Positions 1 through 13,997 of a DNA stretch of 64,000 nt are shown here, piece after piece. The notes beneath the pieces were generated by a model. That model searched no databases, was not told the DNA's origin, and saw nothing but the letters and a program-made list of their open reading frames with translations. The position numbers and the translations under genes were made by a program. Position 1 is the first letter of the stretch; every line of letters begins with the position of its first letter. This DNA comes from Macrostomum lignano. Lineage: Eukaryota. The stretch covers positions 313,009-377,008 of the forward strand of contig NIVC01000654.1 in the NCBI GenBank assembly GCA_002269645.1, in the 5' to 3' direction.

Positions 1-510
1 CCTCCCAGATCCTCAGTTGCTGAGTCAGCCTCCCAGATCCTCAGTTGCTGAGTCAGCCTCCCAGATCCTCAGTTGCTGAGTCAGCCTCCCATGTAGATCC
101 TCAGTTGCTGAGTCAGCCTCCCATGTAGATCCTCAGTTGCTGAGTCAGCCTCCCATGTAGATCCTCAGTTGCTGAGTCAGCCTCCCATGTAGATCCTCAG
201 TTGCTGAGTCAGCCTCCCATGTAGATCCTCAGTTGCTGAGTCAGCCTCCCATGTAGATCCTCAGTTGCTGAGTCAGCCTCCCATGTAGATCCTCAGTTGC
301 TGAGTCAGCCTCCCATGTAGATCCTCAGTTGCTGAGTCAGCCTCCCATGTAGATCCTCAGTTGCTGAGTCAGCCTCCCAGATCCTCAGTTGCTGAGTCAG
401 CCTCCCAGATCCTCAGTTGCTGAGTCAGCCTCCCAGATCCCTAGTTGCTTGGCCAGCCTCCCAGATCCTCAGTTGCTGGGCCAGCCTCCCAGATCCTCAG
501 TTGCTGGGCC
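1..510. repeat. 28/31-bp minisatellite (CCTCCCAGATCCTCAGTTGCTGAGTCAG; variant with a 3-bp ATGT/AG change)
   Basis: Tandem units read directly; same family as arrays at 15.3 kb (reverse) and 36.3 kb. Confidence 0.95.
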
Positions 511-1664
511 ACCACCGTCCTATAAAAAGTATGTAATTTGGTTTAGAAGTTCATCGCTAAGTCCAAATCAAGTTCTTTGAGCTGAATGTTGACTCAGAAG
601 GCAAAGCGCAGTGCTTCATCTGTCATGCAGCTACATGTACAACAATGAAGCGTACATTAAGGAAAATATTAATCACAAGAATTATAACAGTACCGCGTCC
701 GCATTTTATTATTTCTAATACAATGTATGGATCACGTTAATATTAGTCCAATACGGCAAGCTAGCCGCACGCAGTTTACACTGAGTGAGCGCTCACCAGT
801 ATGTACATTTTATTGATGACAACAGTTAGTATCTGTGCGCAGGTGCTTGAAAATAAAATTGATAAAAACGCACGAATATTTTCACTAGTCCAGTGTCAGT
901 CAAATTATAAGAAAAATTACAAAAAAATCTGGCGATTTTCGTTCTACTCTACTGGCGTTATAATAGTAGTAAAAGTAGCTTTATTCCTGAAAACAAAAAT
1001 TGTGAAAAAACCGACTGAACCAAATAGGAATAACGCAGTTAAAACTGTTGAGGGAAAATTTAGATATTGTTATCAGTTTGATTGAATACTATGCCCTCTA
1101 ATTGTTGTCCAGACTATAATTGAATTAATTTGGTCAGAGGTGCAGCTGTACTTTGTTAGGCGTGAACAAATCAATTAAAGTCAGATAACAATTAGATATC
1201 TACAATCGACGATTTCATACTACTCTTGGCCAAAAGTAACAAATAATAAATACTTAATGTACGAATACGGTAGATTTTATGACTATTGAATTGCTCAAAT
1301 TTTCTACGGAAATGAAATCAAATTTTACGGCATCTATTAAAACTAAATCAGTGCAGTTCACAGGGAGCAGGCAAAACTTGCAGCGCTATTGAATCAATTT
1401 TAACAAATCAAAACGAAAAACAATACAAATTTTTAATCTATCGCTTGTTACCAGTAATCAAAATAAATGGCGCACAATTGTGGAAATAAAAACGCAACGC
1501 AAACATGTACAGGCAAATAAGCACGCGGGCTGTGATTCTCATGAAAATTTGAATAATTAATAAAATTATGAGTTTGCCTGCATGATTTTTAGCATGACAC
1601 AAGATCAAGATAAAATAAGATTTGGATCTTCAAAGAGGCAATTAATTATTATAGATGAGTAATT

Positions 1665-2695
1665 GGTAGAGACAGACCTCTGAACCTTCAGGTGTCATTG
1701 GTAGAGTCAGACCTCTGAACCTTCAGGTGTCATTGGTAGAGTCAGACCTCTGAACCTTCAGGTGTCATTGGTAGAGACAGACCTCTGAACCTTCAGGTGT
1801 CATTGGTAGAGTCAGACCTCTGAACCTTCAGGTGTCATTGGTAGAGTCAGACCTCTGAACCTTCAGGTGTCATTGGTAGAGACAGACCTCTGAACCTTCA
1901 GGTGTCATTGGTAGAGTCAGACCTCTGAACCTTCAGGTGTCATTGGTAGAGACAGACCTCTGAACCTTCAGGTGTCATTGGTAGAGTCAGACCTCTGAAC
2001 CTTCAGGTGTCATTGGTAGAGTCAGACCTCTGAACCTTCAGGTGTCATTGGTAGAGACAGACAGACCTCTGAACCTTCAGGTGTCATTGGTAGAGTCAGA
2101 CAGACCTCTGAACCTTCAGGTGTCATTGGTAGAGACAGACCTCTGAACCTTCAGGCGTCATTGGTAGAGTCAGACCTCTGAACCTTCAGGTGTCATTGGT
2201 AGAGTCAGACCTCTGAACCTTCAGGTGTCATTGGTAGAGACAGACCTCTGAACCTACAGGTGTCATTGGTAGAGACAGACCTCTGAACCTTCAGGTGTCA
2301 TTGGTAGAGTCAGACCTCTGAACCTTCAGGTGTCATTGGTAGAGTCAGACCTCTGAACCTTCAGGTGTCATTGGTAGAGACAGACCTCTGAACCTACAGG
2401 TGTCATTGGTAGAGACAGACAGACCTCTGAACCTTCAGGTGTCATTGGTAGAGACAGACAGACCTCTGAACCTACAGGTGTCATTGGTAGAGACAGACAG
2501 ACCTCTGAACCTTCAGGTGTCATTGGTAGAGACAGACAGACCTCTGAACCTTCAGGTGTCATTGGTAGAGACAGACAGACCTCTGAACCTTCAGGTGTCA
2601 TTGGTAGAGACAGACAGACCTCTGAACCTACAGGTGTCATTGGTAGAGACAGACAGACCTCTGAACCTTCAGGTGTCATTGGTAGAGACAGACAA
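1665..2695. repeat. 35/39-bp minisatellite (GGTAGAGTCAGACCTCTGAACCTTCAGGTGTCATT +/- GACA)
   Basis: 35-mers dominate the left part and 39-mers the right part. Confidence 0.95.
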
Positions 2696-2829
2696 AAACT
2701 TCAGGCATAATTGAATAGAAACTTCAGGCTTTCTGAATTCGGATTCAATTAAAGACTCAAATTTGCAGTCAAGAACCTCTGAGCGGCAGGTAAAGCAAAG
2801 CTTATTGTTACAGTAAAGACACGCGCCAT

Positions 2830-5800
2830 TCAAACCCTCCCATTGCCCGCACTGCCTGTCGGTCGGTGATGCGCGGCGCAGAACTGCGCAATCCGGTCGC
2901 AGGCCTCCGTCATCATGTCGGACGGCACGGTCAGGACGATCCGGAAGAACATGCCGATCTCGAAGCAGCGAGAGGGCAGGCAGAACACGGACTGCTCAGT
3001 TACTAGACGCTCGGTGAAGGCCATCTCGTCTGGGAAGTCGGGATACTCAGACTGCGAGAAGCCCACCATCATGTACATGGCACCCTCGGGCATCACTGGC
3101 CGGAGTCCCGGCACAGCGCTGAGCTTGGCGTAGCTTAGCTTGGCGTTCTCCTCGATGCACTTCAGCGTGGAGGCGTAGAACTCCGGCGGGGTGAACTCCA
3201 GGATGTCCGGGATGGCCGCCTGCGGGATTAGAGATTGGAGAGATTCGATCCGGAGATTAGATCCGCGGAGGTGAGATTAAAGAAATCTGGAGAGGGTGAG
3301 ATAAGAGATGGGTAGGGAGATCTAAAAGGAATGAGATTAGACAAGGAGATCTACAGGGCTGAGATTAGACATAGAGAAGTCTGTATGGCTGAGATAAGAG
3401 ATAGCGAAATCTGTAGGAATGTGATTAGAGATTAAGAAATCTGTAGGGGTGAGATTAGAGATTTAGGAAATTTTTAGAAGTGAGATTTTAAGTTAATAAA
3501 TCTGTGGGGCCGTAGGGGTGAGATTAGACACAAGGAAAGCTGTAGGGGTGAGATAAGAGATTGGGAAATCTTTAGGGGTGAGATTAGACACAGAGAAATT
3601 TATAGGGGTGAGATTAGACACAGGGAAATCTGTAGGGTTGAGATTAGACGCAGGGAAATCTGTAGGGGTGAGTTTAGAGATAGGGAAATCTGTAGGGGTG
3701 AGTTTAGAGATAGGGAAATCTGTAGGGGTGAGATTAGACGCAGGGAAATCTGTAGGGGTGAGATTAGACACAGGGAAATCTGTAGGGTGAGATTAGACAC
3801 AGGGAAATCTGTAGGGGTGAGATTAGAGATAGGGAAATCTGTAGGGGTGAGATTAGACGCAGGGAAATCTGTAGGGGTGAGTTTAGAGATAGGGAAATCT
3901 GTAGGGGTGAGTTTAGAGATAGGGAAATCTGTAGGGGTGAGATTAGACGCAGGGAAATCTGTAGGGATGAGATTAGACTCAGGGAAATCTGTAGGGGTGA
4001 GATTAGAGATAGGGAAATCTGTAGGGATGAGATTAGACACAGGGAAATCTGTAGGGGTGAGTTTAGAGATAGGGAAATCTGTAGGGATGAGATTAGACTC
4101 AGGGAAATCTGTAGGGGTGAGATTAGAGATAGGAAAGAATCAAAAGAGTGAGATTAGATCAGAGGTCACACAGAGATCGCAGAGTCTCACACCTGGCAGA
4201 CGGTGTTAGGCCCCAGAATCCTGGTGCTGAGCGCCAGCAGGCCTTTGCGCACCTCGGCAAAGTGGCCCTTGGCGTCGTAGACGACAATCCAGCCCTGACG
4301 CCAGCCGGGCACCAGCCAGCGCTTGGTGAGGCCGCCGCAGCTGAGCACGGGCACATTGGGATTCACCGAGGCGAACCAGTGAAACTCGTGCCCGGGGAAC
4401 ACGAAATGGGCGTAGATCTCGTCGGCTATGATTGGCACCTGGATTGTGCGCGCGGAGTTTGATTAGTGTTATGAGCTTTTAGTGATGAAGGAGAGAGAGA
4501 TTGAGATTCAGGGGTACAGGGGAGAGGGTGCTCGAAAACCACACCCAGGTAAGTGTGACGGACACAACAGGTAGACACACGCAACAAGAACACAGGTAGA
4601 GAGACATTAGGGGACACAGGTACAGACAGACACAACAGGAGACACAGGTGGACAGACACAACAGGAGACACAGGTGGACAGACACAACATGGGACACAGG
4701 TAGAGAGACACAACATGGGACACAGGTAGAGAGACACAACATGGGACACAGGTAAGGCAGAACAGGGGACACAGGTAAGGCAGAACATGGGACACAGGTA
4801 AGGCAGAACAGGGGACACAGGTAAGGCAGAACAGTGGACACAGGTAAGGCAGAACATGGGACACAGGTAAGGCAGAACAGGGGACACAGGTAAGGCAGAA
4901 CAGGGGACACAGGTAAGGCAGAACAGGGTCAGAAACTCACCTTGTACCGCTCGGCAATGTGAGCGATGGCCCTGAGGTGCTCCCTGGTGTACACAGAACC
5001 GCAGGGATTGGACGGATTGTTCACCACGATGGCGGCTGTGCGATCGTCGATGCTCTCCTCCAAGTGGGCGAGGTCAACCTCCCACTGCCTGTCGGCCAGC
5101 AGGTTATAGGAGCGGGCCTCGATGCCCAGGGACTCGGCCAAGGTGCGGTAGATGGAGAATCCCGGCCTGGGGATCAGGATGTTATCCCCGGGATTGGCTA
5201 GCACGCTGATGCACAGGTCAAGCGCGGAAGAGCAACCCGAGGTCAGGATCACGTCCTGGGGGGGGGGGGTTTGGGGCGGGTTTCGAAAGATTTTGGGATT
5301 ATTTTGTTCGTATTCCGGGACTTAGACTCGACTCTTCTGAAAGCTGTGGTCCTTTGGCTTCTTATACTCTCCTCGTTTCTCCTTCCCCCTGCTCTCTATT
5401 CTCCTTCCCCCTGTTCTCAATTCTCCTTTCCCCTGCTCTCTATTCTCCTTTCCCCTGCTCTCTATTCTCCTTTCCCCTGTTCTCAATTCTCCTTTCCCCT
5501 GCTCTCTATTCTCCTTCCCCCTGTTCTCAATTCTCCTTTCCCCTGCTCTCTATTCTCCTTCCCCCTGTTCTCAATTCTCCTTTCCCCTGCTCTCTATTCT
5601 CCTTCCCCCTGTTCTCAATTCTTTTTTCCCCTGTTCTCATGTCTTCCCAAAGGCATGTACTCAATGCAAATCGATCAGAATGATTATAAGTTATTCAGGA
5701 ACAATGCATGCAAGCTTTAACTGTACTGCAGCAGCAGATACACCCAAGGCAAGACAGCCAGGGTAATTGCAGCGCAAAGTACAAACTTGCAATATCACGC

Positions 5801-8800
5801 CAGTTGAGCGTGGTCAATTTGAATTCGCTCTGGTATGTATATACAAGCGTACTTGCGTTTGTCGGTCTCCGTTCTTTGAAGTTGACACACGTGTAGTCAG
5901 ATGCTAGAATTTCTAGAAAGCATCTATCTACCGACCGCTATAGATATACAGTTTGCATAGAGAACGGGTCATTGTAGCCTGTTTAATAACGGTTTAGGTT
6001 TATAATTTTTGCTGGATTTCACGACGAACGAGCGTGAATGCGTGAACACGGGACTTGATTTTTTAAAAGTACTGGAAACATAAAAATGTAAAAATATGTA
6101 CTACATGTACAGCACCAAATTGACCTAAGCTGAAATAGAATTCAAGATGGAATTAACAGCCAAGACTGATGCTTTAGGCACTGAATTTTGTGAATATTTG
6201 ATTTGGTGAATACGGCACTGACATTGGTGAATATGGCACTGGATTTGGTGAACATGGCACTGAATTTGGTGAACATGGCACTGAATTTGGTGAATATGGC
6301 ACTGATATTGGTGAATATGGCACTGATATTGGTGAACATGGCACTGATATCGGTGAATGGATGACACTGAAGTTTGTGAATGGGTGAGTAAGGAGCTATA
6401 ATTGGTGAATAAACTGCCATTGTAATCGGTGACGTCACGCTTGTCAACCATTCGTGAAACTAGAGCAAAAATTATAGCGAAAATACTAAAAAATCTTTAA
6501 CTAGATTTCTGCAGTCTCGAACAGAGCGTCACAAACTATTTCTTATTGCCGATAAGATAATGCGCCTGTGTTAAGATCATATCAGGAGTTGAGTGACCAT
6601 ACTACAGCTGGCTCACCTAATGCGCAGCCACCGGCCCGCAGCATGGGAGGTTATTGGTCACGTCAAACAGAGCTACGAGCTATAGAGCGGCTGGCAGTCA
6701 CACAGACATGCAATACCTTTGGAAACACTTGTTAGCACCTTACTAGGCTGCGGCACCCACTGAAGGAGCAGAGGGGACAGTCACTGAAGGATCTGAGGGG
6801 ATAGCCACTGAAGGAGCTGAGGGGACAGCCACTGAAGGAGCTGAGGGGACAGCTCCACTGAAGGATCTGAGGGGACAGCCACTGAAGGATCTGAGGGGAC
6901 AGCCACTGAAGGATCTGAGGGGACAGCTCCACTGAAGGAGCTGAGGGGACAGTCACTGAAGGATCTGAGGGGACAGCCACTGAAGGAGCTGAGGGGACAG
7001 CCACTGAAGGAGCTGAGGGGACAGCCACTGAAGGAGCTGAGGGGACAGCCACTGAAGGAGCTGAGGGGACAGCCACTGAAGGATCTGAGGGGACAGCCAC
7101 TGAAGGATCTGAGGGGACAGCCACTGAAGGAGCTGAGGGGACAGCCACTGAAGGAGCTGAGGGACAGCCACTGAAGGAGCTGAGGGGACAGCCACTGAAG
7201 GAGCTGAGGGGACAGCCACTGAAGGATCTGAGGGGACAGCCACTGAAGGATCTGAGGGGACAGCCACTGAAGGATCTGAGGGGACAGCCACTGAAGGAGC
7301 TGAGGAGACAGCCACTGAAGGATCTGAGGGGACAGCCACTGAAGGATCTGAGGGGACAGCCACTGAAGGATCTGAGGGGACAGCCACTGAAGGATCTGAG
7401 GGGACAGCAACTGAAGGATCTGAGGGGACAGCCACTGAAGGAGCTGAGGGGACAGCCACTGAAGGAGCTGAGGGGACAGCCACTGAAGGAGCTGAGGGGA
7501 CAGCCACTGAAGGAGCTGAGGGGACAGCCACTGAAGGAGCTGAGGGGACAGCCACTGAAGGATCTGAGGGGACAACCACTAAGTGATCTGAGGGGACAGC
7601 CACTGAAGGAGCTGAGGGGACAGCCACTGAAGGAGCTGAGGGGACAGCCACTGAAGGAGCTGAGGGGACAGCCACTGAAGGAGCTGAGGGGACAGCCACT
7701 GAAGGATCTGAGGGGACAGCCACTGAAGGATCTGAGGGGACAGCCACTGAAGGATCTGAGGGGACAGCCACTGAAGGAGCTGAGGGGACAGCCACTGAAG
7801 GATCTGAGGGGACAGCCACTGAAGGATCTGAGGGGACAGCCACTGAAGGATCTGAGGGGACAGCCACTGAAGGATCTGAGGGGACAACCACTAAGTGATC
7901 TGAGGGGACAGCCACTGAAGGATCTGAGGGGACAGCCACTGAAGGAGCTGAGGGGACAGCCACTGAAGGAGCTGAGGGGACAGCCACTGAAGGAGCTGAG
8001 GGGACAGCCACTGAAGGAGCTGAGGGGACAGCCACTGAAGGATCTGAGGGGACAGCCACTGAAGGATCTGAGGGGACAGCCACTGAAGGATCTGAGGGGA
8101 CAGCCACTGAAGGAGCTGAGGGGACAGCCACTGAAGGATCTGAGGGGACAGCCACTGAAGGAGCTGAGGGGACAGCCACTGAAGGAGCTGAGGGGACAGC
8201 CACTGAAGGAGCTGAGGGGACAGCCACTGAAGGAGCTGAGGGGACAGCCACTGAAGGAGCTGAGGGGACAGCCACTGAAGGAGCTGAGGGGACAGCCACT
8301 GAAGGAGCTGAGGGGACAGCCACTGAAGGATCTGAGGGGACAGCCACTGAAGGATCTGAGGGGACAGCAACTGAAGGATCTGAGGGGACAACCACTAAGT
8401 GATCTGAGGGGACAGCCACTGAAGGAGCTGAGGGGACAGCCACTGAAGGAGCTGAGGGGACAGCCACTGAAGGAGCTGAGGGGACAGCCACTGAAGGAGC
8501 TGAGGGGACAGCCACTGAAGGAGCTGAGGGGACAGCCACTGAAGGATCTGAGGGGACAGCCACTGAAGGAGCTGAGGGGACAGCCACTGAAGGAGCTGAG
8601 GGGACAGCCACTGAAGGATCTGAGGGGACAGCCACTGAAGGAGCTGAGGGGACAGCCACTGAAGGAGCTGAGGGGACAGCCACTGAAGGAGCTGAGGGGA
8701 CAGCCACTGAAGGATCTGAGGGGACAGCCACTGAAGGAGCTGAGGGGACAGCCACTGAAGGATCTGAGGGGACAGCCACTGAAGGATCTGAGGGGACAGC

Positions 8801-9507
8801 CACTAAAGGATCTGAGGGGACAGCCACTGAAGGATCTGAGGGGACAGCCACTGAAGGATCTGAGGGGACAACCACTAAGTGATCTGAGGGGACAGCCACA
8901 AGTGATCTGAGGGGACAGCCACTAAGTGATCTGAGGGGACAGCAACTGAGGGGGCACACACTGAAGAGAATCCAAGGACGGTTTGAAAAGACACAAAAGC
9001 AAGACCACAACAATAAAGACAAACCTTGGCCTCAAGATTTTGATATCCCTCGCAAACGGAGTACTTGGCCACGGCAGTTCTGGCTGGCTCGTACCCAACA
9101 GACGGGGCGTACCCATTGCATTTGCCGTTCCGCAGGCGCTTGTCAACCAAATCCAGAAGCTGTTCCGGTGGAGACAGATTACCAAATATGGTCGGATCGC
9201 CGATTGACAGGGCGATCATCTTTTTCTCCGGATTGGGGGTCAATTTCATTTGGTCGACAATTTTTCTAATCGGATTAGAGGTGCACTGAGCCATGCGACT
9301 CATCGGGCAGTGCCATTGTTCGCGAACTCGAATAAGAGGCTTCTTGAAGTTGGCGGCGGATCCGTTGGTTCTCGGCTCCTTCGGGGCAGGCACAATTCTC
9401 CCATCGATATCGTTCGCAGGATTCTGTGCTAGCATGGATTTGCGTTTCAGTGACATCTTCTGCTGTTGCTGCTGTTGCTGGATAGCAACTTCGCTAGTCT
9501 TTCGCAT
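2830..9507 (-). CDS. TAT: Tyrosine aminotransferase (PLP-dependent class I), about 477 aa, 4 coding exons
   Basis: Exons 9507-9025, 5255-4941, 4438-4193, 3219-2830 join in frame with GT-AG sites. Motifs [41 protein letters not shown] and PLP-Lys [13 protein letters not shown]. An upstream non-coding exon probably ends at the donor near 11830. Confidence 0.95.
3228..4165. repeat. 30-bp intronic minisatellite in TAT
   Basis: Unit GAGATTAGACACAGGGAAATCTGTAGGGGT, about 30 copies. Confidence 0.95.
4590..4930. repeat. ~23-bp intronic minisatellite (ACACAGGTAAGGCAGAACAGGGG)
   Basis: Tandem units read directly. Confidence 0.9.
5375..5640. repeat. 22-bp pyrimidine-rich minisatellite (CCCCTGCTCTCTATTCTCCTTT)
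   Basis: Tandem units read directly. Confidence 0.9.
6190..6420. repeat. 21-bp minisatellite (GGTGAATATGGCACTGATATT)
   Basis: Tandem units read directly. Confidence 0.85.
6765..8955. repeat. 24-bp minisatellite (GAGGGGACAGCCACTGAAGGA(T/G)CT), about 90 copies
   Basis: Two interspersed variants (GATCT/GAGCT) and a recurrent ACAACCACTAAGTGATCT variant. Confidence 0.97.
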
Positions 9508-9614
9508 GATTGCTGAGCTGCTTGAACACTCTTATCTGCAATGCATTGTGTTGTGCAGGAGTTTCATGTACATCCGCAGTTACTCTCCCGTGTTGGCTCT
9601 GTCACACTGTATAG

Positions 9615-11065
9615 ATGCACTCAATCTGGCGCTCTCAGACACTCAATCTGGCGCTCTCAGACACTCAATTTGGCGCTCTCAGACACTCAATCTGGCGCTC
9701 TCAGACACTCAATTTGGCGCTCTCAGACACTCAATCTGGCGCTCTCAGAACTCAATCTGGCGCTCTCAGACACTCAATCTGGCGCTCTCAGACACTCAAT
9801 CTGGCACTCTCAGACACTCAATTTGGCGCTCTCAGACACTCAATTTGGCGCTCTCAGACACTCAATCTGGCGCTCTCAGACACTCAATCTGGCACTCTCA
9901 GACACTCAATCTGGCACTCTCAGACACTCAATCTGGCACTCTCAGACACTCAATCTGGCACTCTCAGACACTCAATCTGGCGCTCTCAGACACTCAATCT
10001 GGCGCTCTCAGACACTCAATCTGGCACTCTCAGACACTCAATCTGGCACTCTCAGACACTCAATCTGGCACTCTCAGACACTCAATCTGGCACTCTCAGA
10101 CACTCAATTTGGCGCTCTCAGACACTCAATCTGGCGCTCTCAGACACTCGATCTGGCGCTCTCAGACACTCAATCTGGCGCTCTCAGACACTCAATCTGG
10201 CGCTCTCAGACACTCAATCTGGCGCTCTCAGACACTCAATCTGGCACTCTCAATCTGGCGCTCTCAGACACTCAATCTGGCGCTCTCAGACACTCAATCT
10301 GGCACTCTCAGACACTCAATCTGGCGCTCTCAGACACTCAATCTGGCGCTCTCAGACACTCAATCTGGCGCTCTCAGACACTCAATCTGGCACTCTCAGA
10401 CACTCAATTTGGCGCTCTCAGACACTCAATCTGGCACTCTCAGACACTCAATTTGGCGCTCTCAGACACTCAATCTGGCGCTCTCAGACACTCGATCTGG
10501 CGCTCTCAGACACTCAATCTGGCGCTCTCAGACACTCAATCTGGCGCTCTCAGACACTCAATCTGGCGCTCTCAGACACTCAATCTGGCGCTCTCAGACA
10601 CTCAATCTGGCACTCTCAGACACTCAATCTGGCACTCTCAGACACTCAATCTGGCACTCTCAGACACTCAATCTGGCGCTCTCAGACACTCAATCTGGCG
10701 CTCTCAGACACTCAATCTGGCACTCTCAGACACTCAATTTGGCACTCTCAGACACTCAATCTGGCACTCTCAGACACTCAATCTGGCACTCTCAGACACT
10801 CAATCTGGCGCTCTCAGACACTCAATCTGGCACTCTCAGACACTCAATCTGGCGCTCTCAGACACTCAATCTGGCGCTCTCAGACACTCAATCTGGCGCT
10901 CTCAGACACTCAATTTGGCGCTCTCAGACACTCAATCTGGCGCTCTCAGACACTCAATCTGGCGCTCTCAGACACTTAATTTGGCGCCCTCAAACACTTA
11001 ACTTGGCGCCCTCCTCAGACACTCAATCTGCGCACCCTCCTGAGACACTTAATTTGGCGCCCTCG
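9615..11065. repeat. 22-bp minisatellite (CTCAATCTGGCGCTCTCAGACA) in the probable TAT 5'UTR intron
   Basis: About 65 copies between the donor near 11830 and the acceptor near 9538 on the minus strand. Confidence 0.95.
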
Positions 11066-12149
11066 TCAGATACATTAAATTTGTCACTGAAAATTATCAG
11101 CCAGCATAAGCCTAGGCAACACCTAGACATTTTATAATTGTATACTGAAGTCACTAATTTTGCTTCGATCTGGAGTCAACTATATCTGGGCTACTAAGGT
11201 AAATTGTTGTTTATTCAAACTGTTGAAATTTTCAAGGTCACTGGCTTTTTCCTATCTAATAAATAGAATCAGCCAGAGATATAGGCTGTATAGGTTAGGC
11301 AATTCTGGTTAAATTCCGAAAGCACAATAAGATACCGGCGTTTGACTAGCTAGAAATGTTGCATGGTCTGCACCGACTCTTTAAACTGTGCATTAAGCTT
11401 GACTTTGTCACTTAGTAAACAGAAGAAGAGAAGAGATTTTCTATCGGGTTTGTCAAGTTTCTGTTAAATTTTGCAGCTTTCTTAGTCTTTCTCACGAGGC
11501 AAATTTGTTTTAATTTAAGTTAATTTACTAAGCACAGGACACGTGCACTAAGCCCAAGTATAACGACACACCCCCTTATTATAATGCTGGCCATATCTTC
11601 CTTTGAAGTTGACGTTTGATTATTGATTACACAAAAATGTTTAGACAATGACTAAGTGCGATAAATTTGCACTGATTTTTAATGTACTTTTCTAAGAGAT
11701 ATCAGTTGTCTTTTATTTCGATTTTATTATACTTTCTACTTGCAATAAATTTTACATGATTATTATAATTATAATAATCATTAGCTGCATAATAAAATTA
11801 AGAAAAACAACCAATGCAATATACTTACCGTCTTCCGTGTCGACAATAAAGTTTTTGATTCCCTCCGACGATGATTATGCAAGATGAGTAACAATAAGGT
11901 AATAAATATCAACTGATCTTTCTTAGTTCTCAAGGCCGTTTTTTAATTCACAATACAAAATGAGCGGAATGCTCTATAATTTAATAGTGAATTCTTAGAA
12001 TTACTAAGAAAGAAAGACTTAGCAGCGATGAAAGAACAGGGGTGTTTTAGGACAGAAAAGTACAACATACAGAACGGTACGGACGGTTAAAATGCCTTGA
12101 AGACACGCTATTATTTCTTTCTGAAGGCAGGAAATCAGGCTTAAATTAC

Positions 12150-12700
12150 CGAAAGAGAATTGGGTAGAAGAATAGGGAGTCGCAGAATGTTGGCAGACAG
12201 AAAACGGGGTTCAAGCAAGCAGTTTTTATACCCCCCCCCCTAGATTCGCCTGCGCGTTTATACTGTGCATTAGAGGTACGGGCCTGGGGTGGATTTTCCG
12301 GACAAACTGGTCTTAAGAGCGCGCGGAGGGTGGTAGGTTGGGGGGTTAGTAAAAGCGCAAGAACTGGAATTGAATGTACAGTCACTGTTTGTGAATAACG
12401 GTGGCGGAGAGGGGTGGGTACGAATGAGGTAAGGGGGCCGCGTCGGCTTGTGCCCAACCCAGCCAGCCAGCCACCCCAAACCGGTCATAAAACGCGCGCC
12501 CGCGATTATTTTCTCAATCCAACCCTTCCTCGCCTCTGCAGCTGAAGCAATGAACGCGATTTCTCTATTGGCTAAGAGAGCTAATTCAAGGTCGACACAG
12601 CTGATCACGTGACCGGCCCAACCCATTAACTGTAAGTAGCTTGCATGTAGTGGAGTGGACACAGCCAAACTTGAGCAGGTCGTACGGTAAACAGTAACGT
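12150..12700 (-). promoter_or_regulatory. Probable TAT promoter (GC-rich island with CCAAT, E-box and TATA-like site)
   Basis: CTATTGGCT near 12566, TCACGTGAC near 12605, minus-strand TATAAAA near 12256-12262; lies upstream of the 5' exon donor near 11830. Confidence 0.4.
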
Positions 12701-13369
12701 TACTTTACTGGATTTGAGCCTTTGGGGCTTCCAGGACTCCCAAGACTCACTAAGAATGTAGTATTAGTATTGGGAAGAAAATGTAGATATAAGTACACAC
12801 AACTTTGTTTTAGTACTCCGAATTTTCGTTGTTCCATTGGGCATTCTCCAGTCTACAAAGTATATGTAAATATAAATTGCTTGATTCTGTAAAACAATGA
12901 TAAGCTCGTATTAATTTAAGACAAACGAAAATAATTAATTGTAATCCACTCCAGTCAAATATTCGAGTGAACTAGCATATACGTCATTAAATGAATATAT
13001 TTATAGTTAATGATTCATTTCATCAAGACATTCGCGGCCGGGCAATATACGATGCAGTGCTTTCAGCATTCTTTGGAGAAATCACCAACACGCTTAATTT
13101 TACTAAAGTACACACAGTCACTGATTTAGAGGCAATAAGAGATGCGAATTGGAAATAGTTTTGTTCACGTTATACTGACACCAGTATAGGACACCAAATA
13201 TAACTGTGACCAAATTATCACTGTCAAATTAGCTGAGAACATCCTGACTACATATCAAAACTAAAACTTTCGCTTCCAGAAATTTTACCCTTTAAAGATT
13301 CTATAAATGTCCTTTCAGATCTCAAAGTTAACAATTGCAAGGTAGATCATGGAAATTCTGCTTTAGATT

Positions 13370-13625
13370 AATGCAATCTCAACATTTAGATTCCGCATTC
13401 CGGAAATCGCATCCTTCAGATTCCGAAAATATCACTTTCAGATTCCAGAAATCTCACTCTTTAGATTCTGGAAATCTCACCCATTAGATTTCGGAAATCT
13501 CACGCTTTAGATTCCGTAAAGCTCACCATTTAAATTCCGGAAATCTCACCTTGAAGACTCCGGAAATCTCATTCTTTAGATTACGCAAATCTCACCATTT
13601 AAATTCGGGAAATCTCAGCCTTTAG
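13370..13625. repeat. Degenerate ~23-bp repeat (AGATTCCGGAAATCTCACCC...)
   Basis: Shares AATCTCACCC..AGATT with the reverse complement of the 30-bp TAT intron repeat. Confidence 0.75.
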
Positions 13626-13997
13626 ATGACGCGGGCAACCTCAATAACGATTTTAACTGTCGTCATTTAAACAAACCGGGCATAGAAAGAAATAATTAAG
13701 AAATAATAAAATTTGAATTAACATATAGAATACAAAATGTTGTTGCTACTTGTATTAAAAAACTCGTGATTAATTTCAAGCCGGGACAAACAATAATAGC
13801 CAAGACGAAACATACTACTTTAACTAGGTTTATCCAGCTACATTAGAGAGTAGCAAAGAAAGCAAACGTCGCTTAATATCTGTAAGAGGAAAAAACAATA
13901 AATTGCAAATTTGCAACTATACTACTGACCAACAAAATTTCTAAGTAGAAAATAGAAGCACATTTTTATATAAAACAAAAAACTGCAATTATTGAAA

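Noticed and set aside
560-740. GKAQCFIC peptide resembling a hAT zf-BED start
   Set aside because: Too short, with no supporting transposase or TIR nearby.
1665-2695. 35-bp repeat with an internal hairpin, superficially like a CRISPR repeat
   Set aside because: Units are head-to-tail with no unique spacers, the context is eukaryotic, and there are no cas genes.
6781-11137. Long ORFs (264-689 aa) over the 24-bp and 22-bp arrays
   Set aside because: They are stop-free translations of intronic minisatellites with no domain content.
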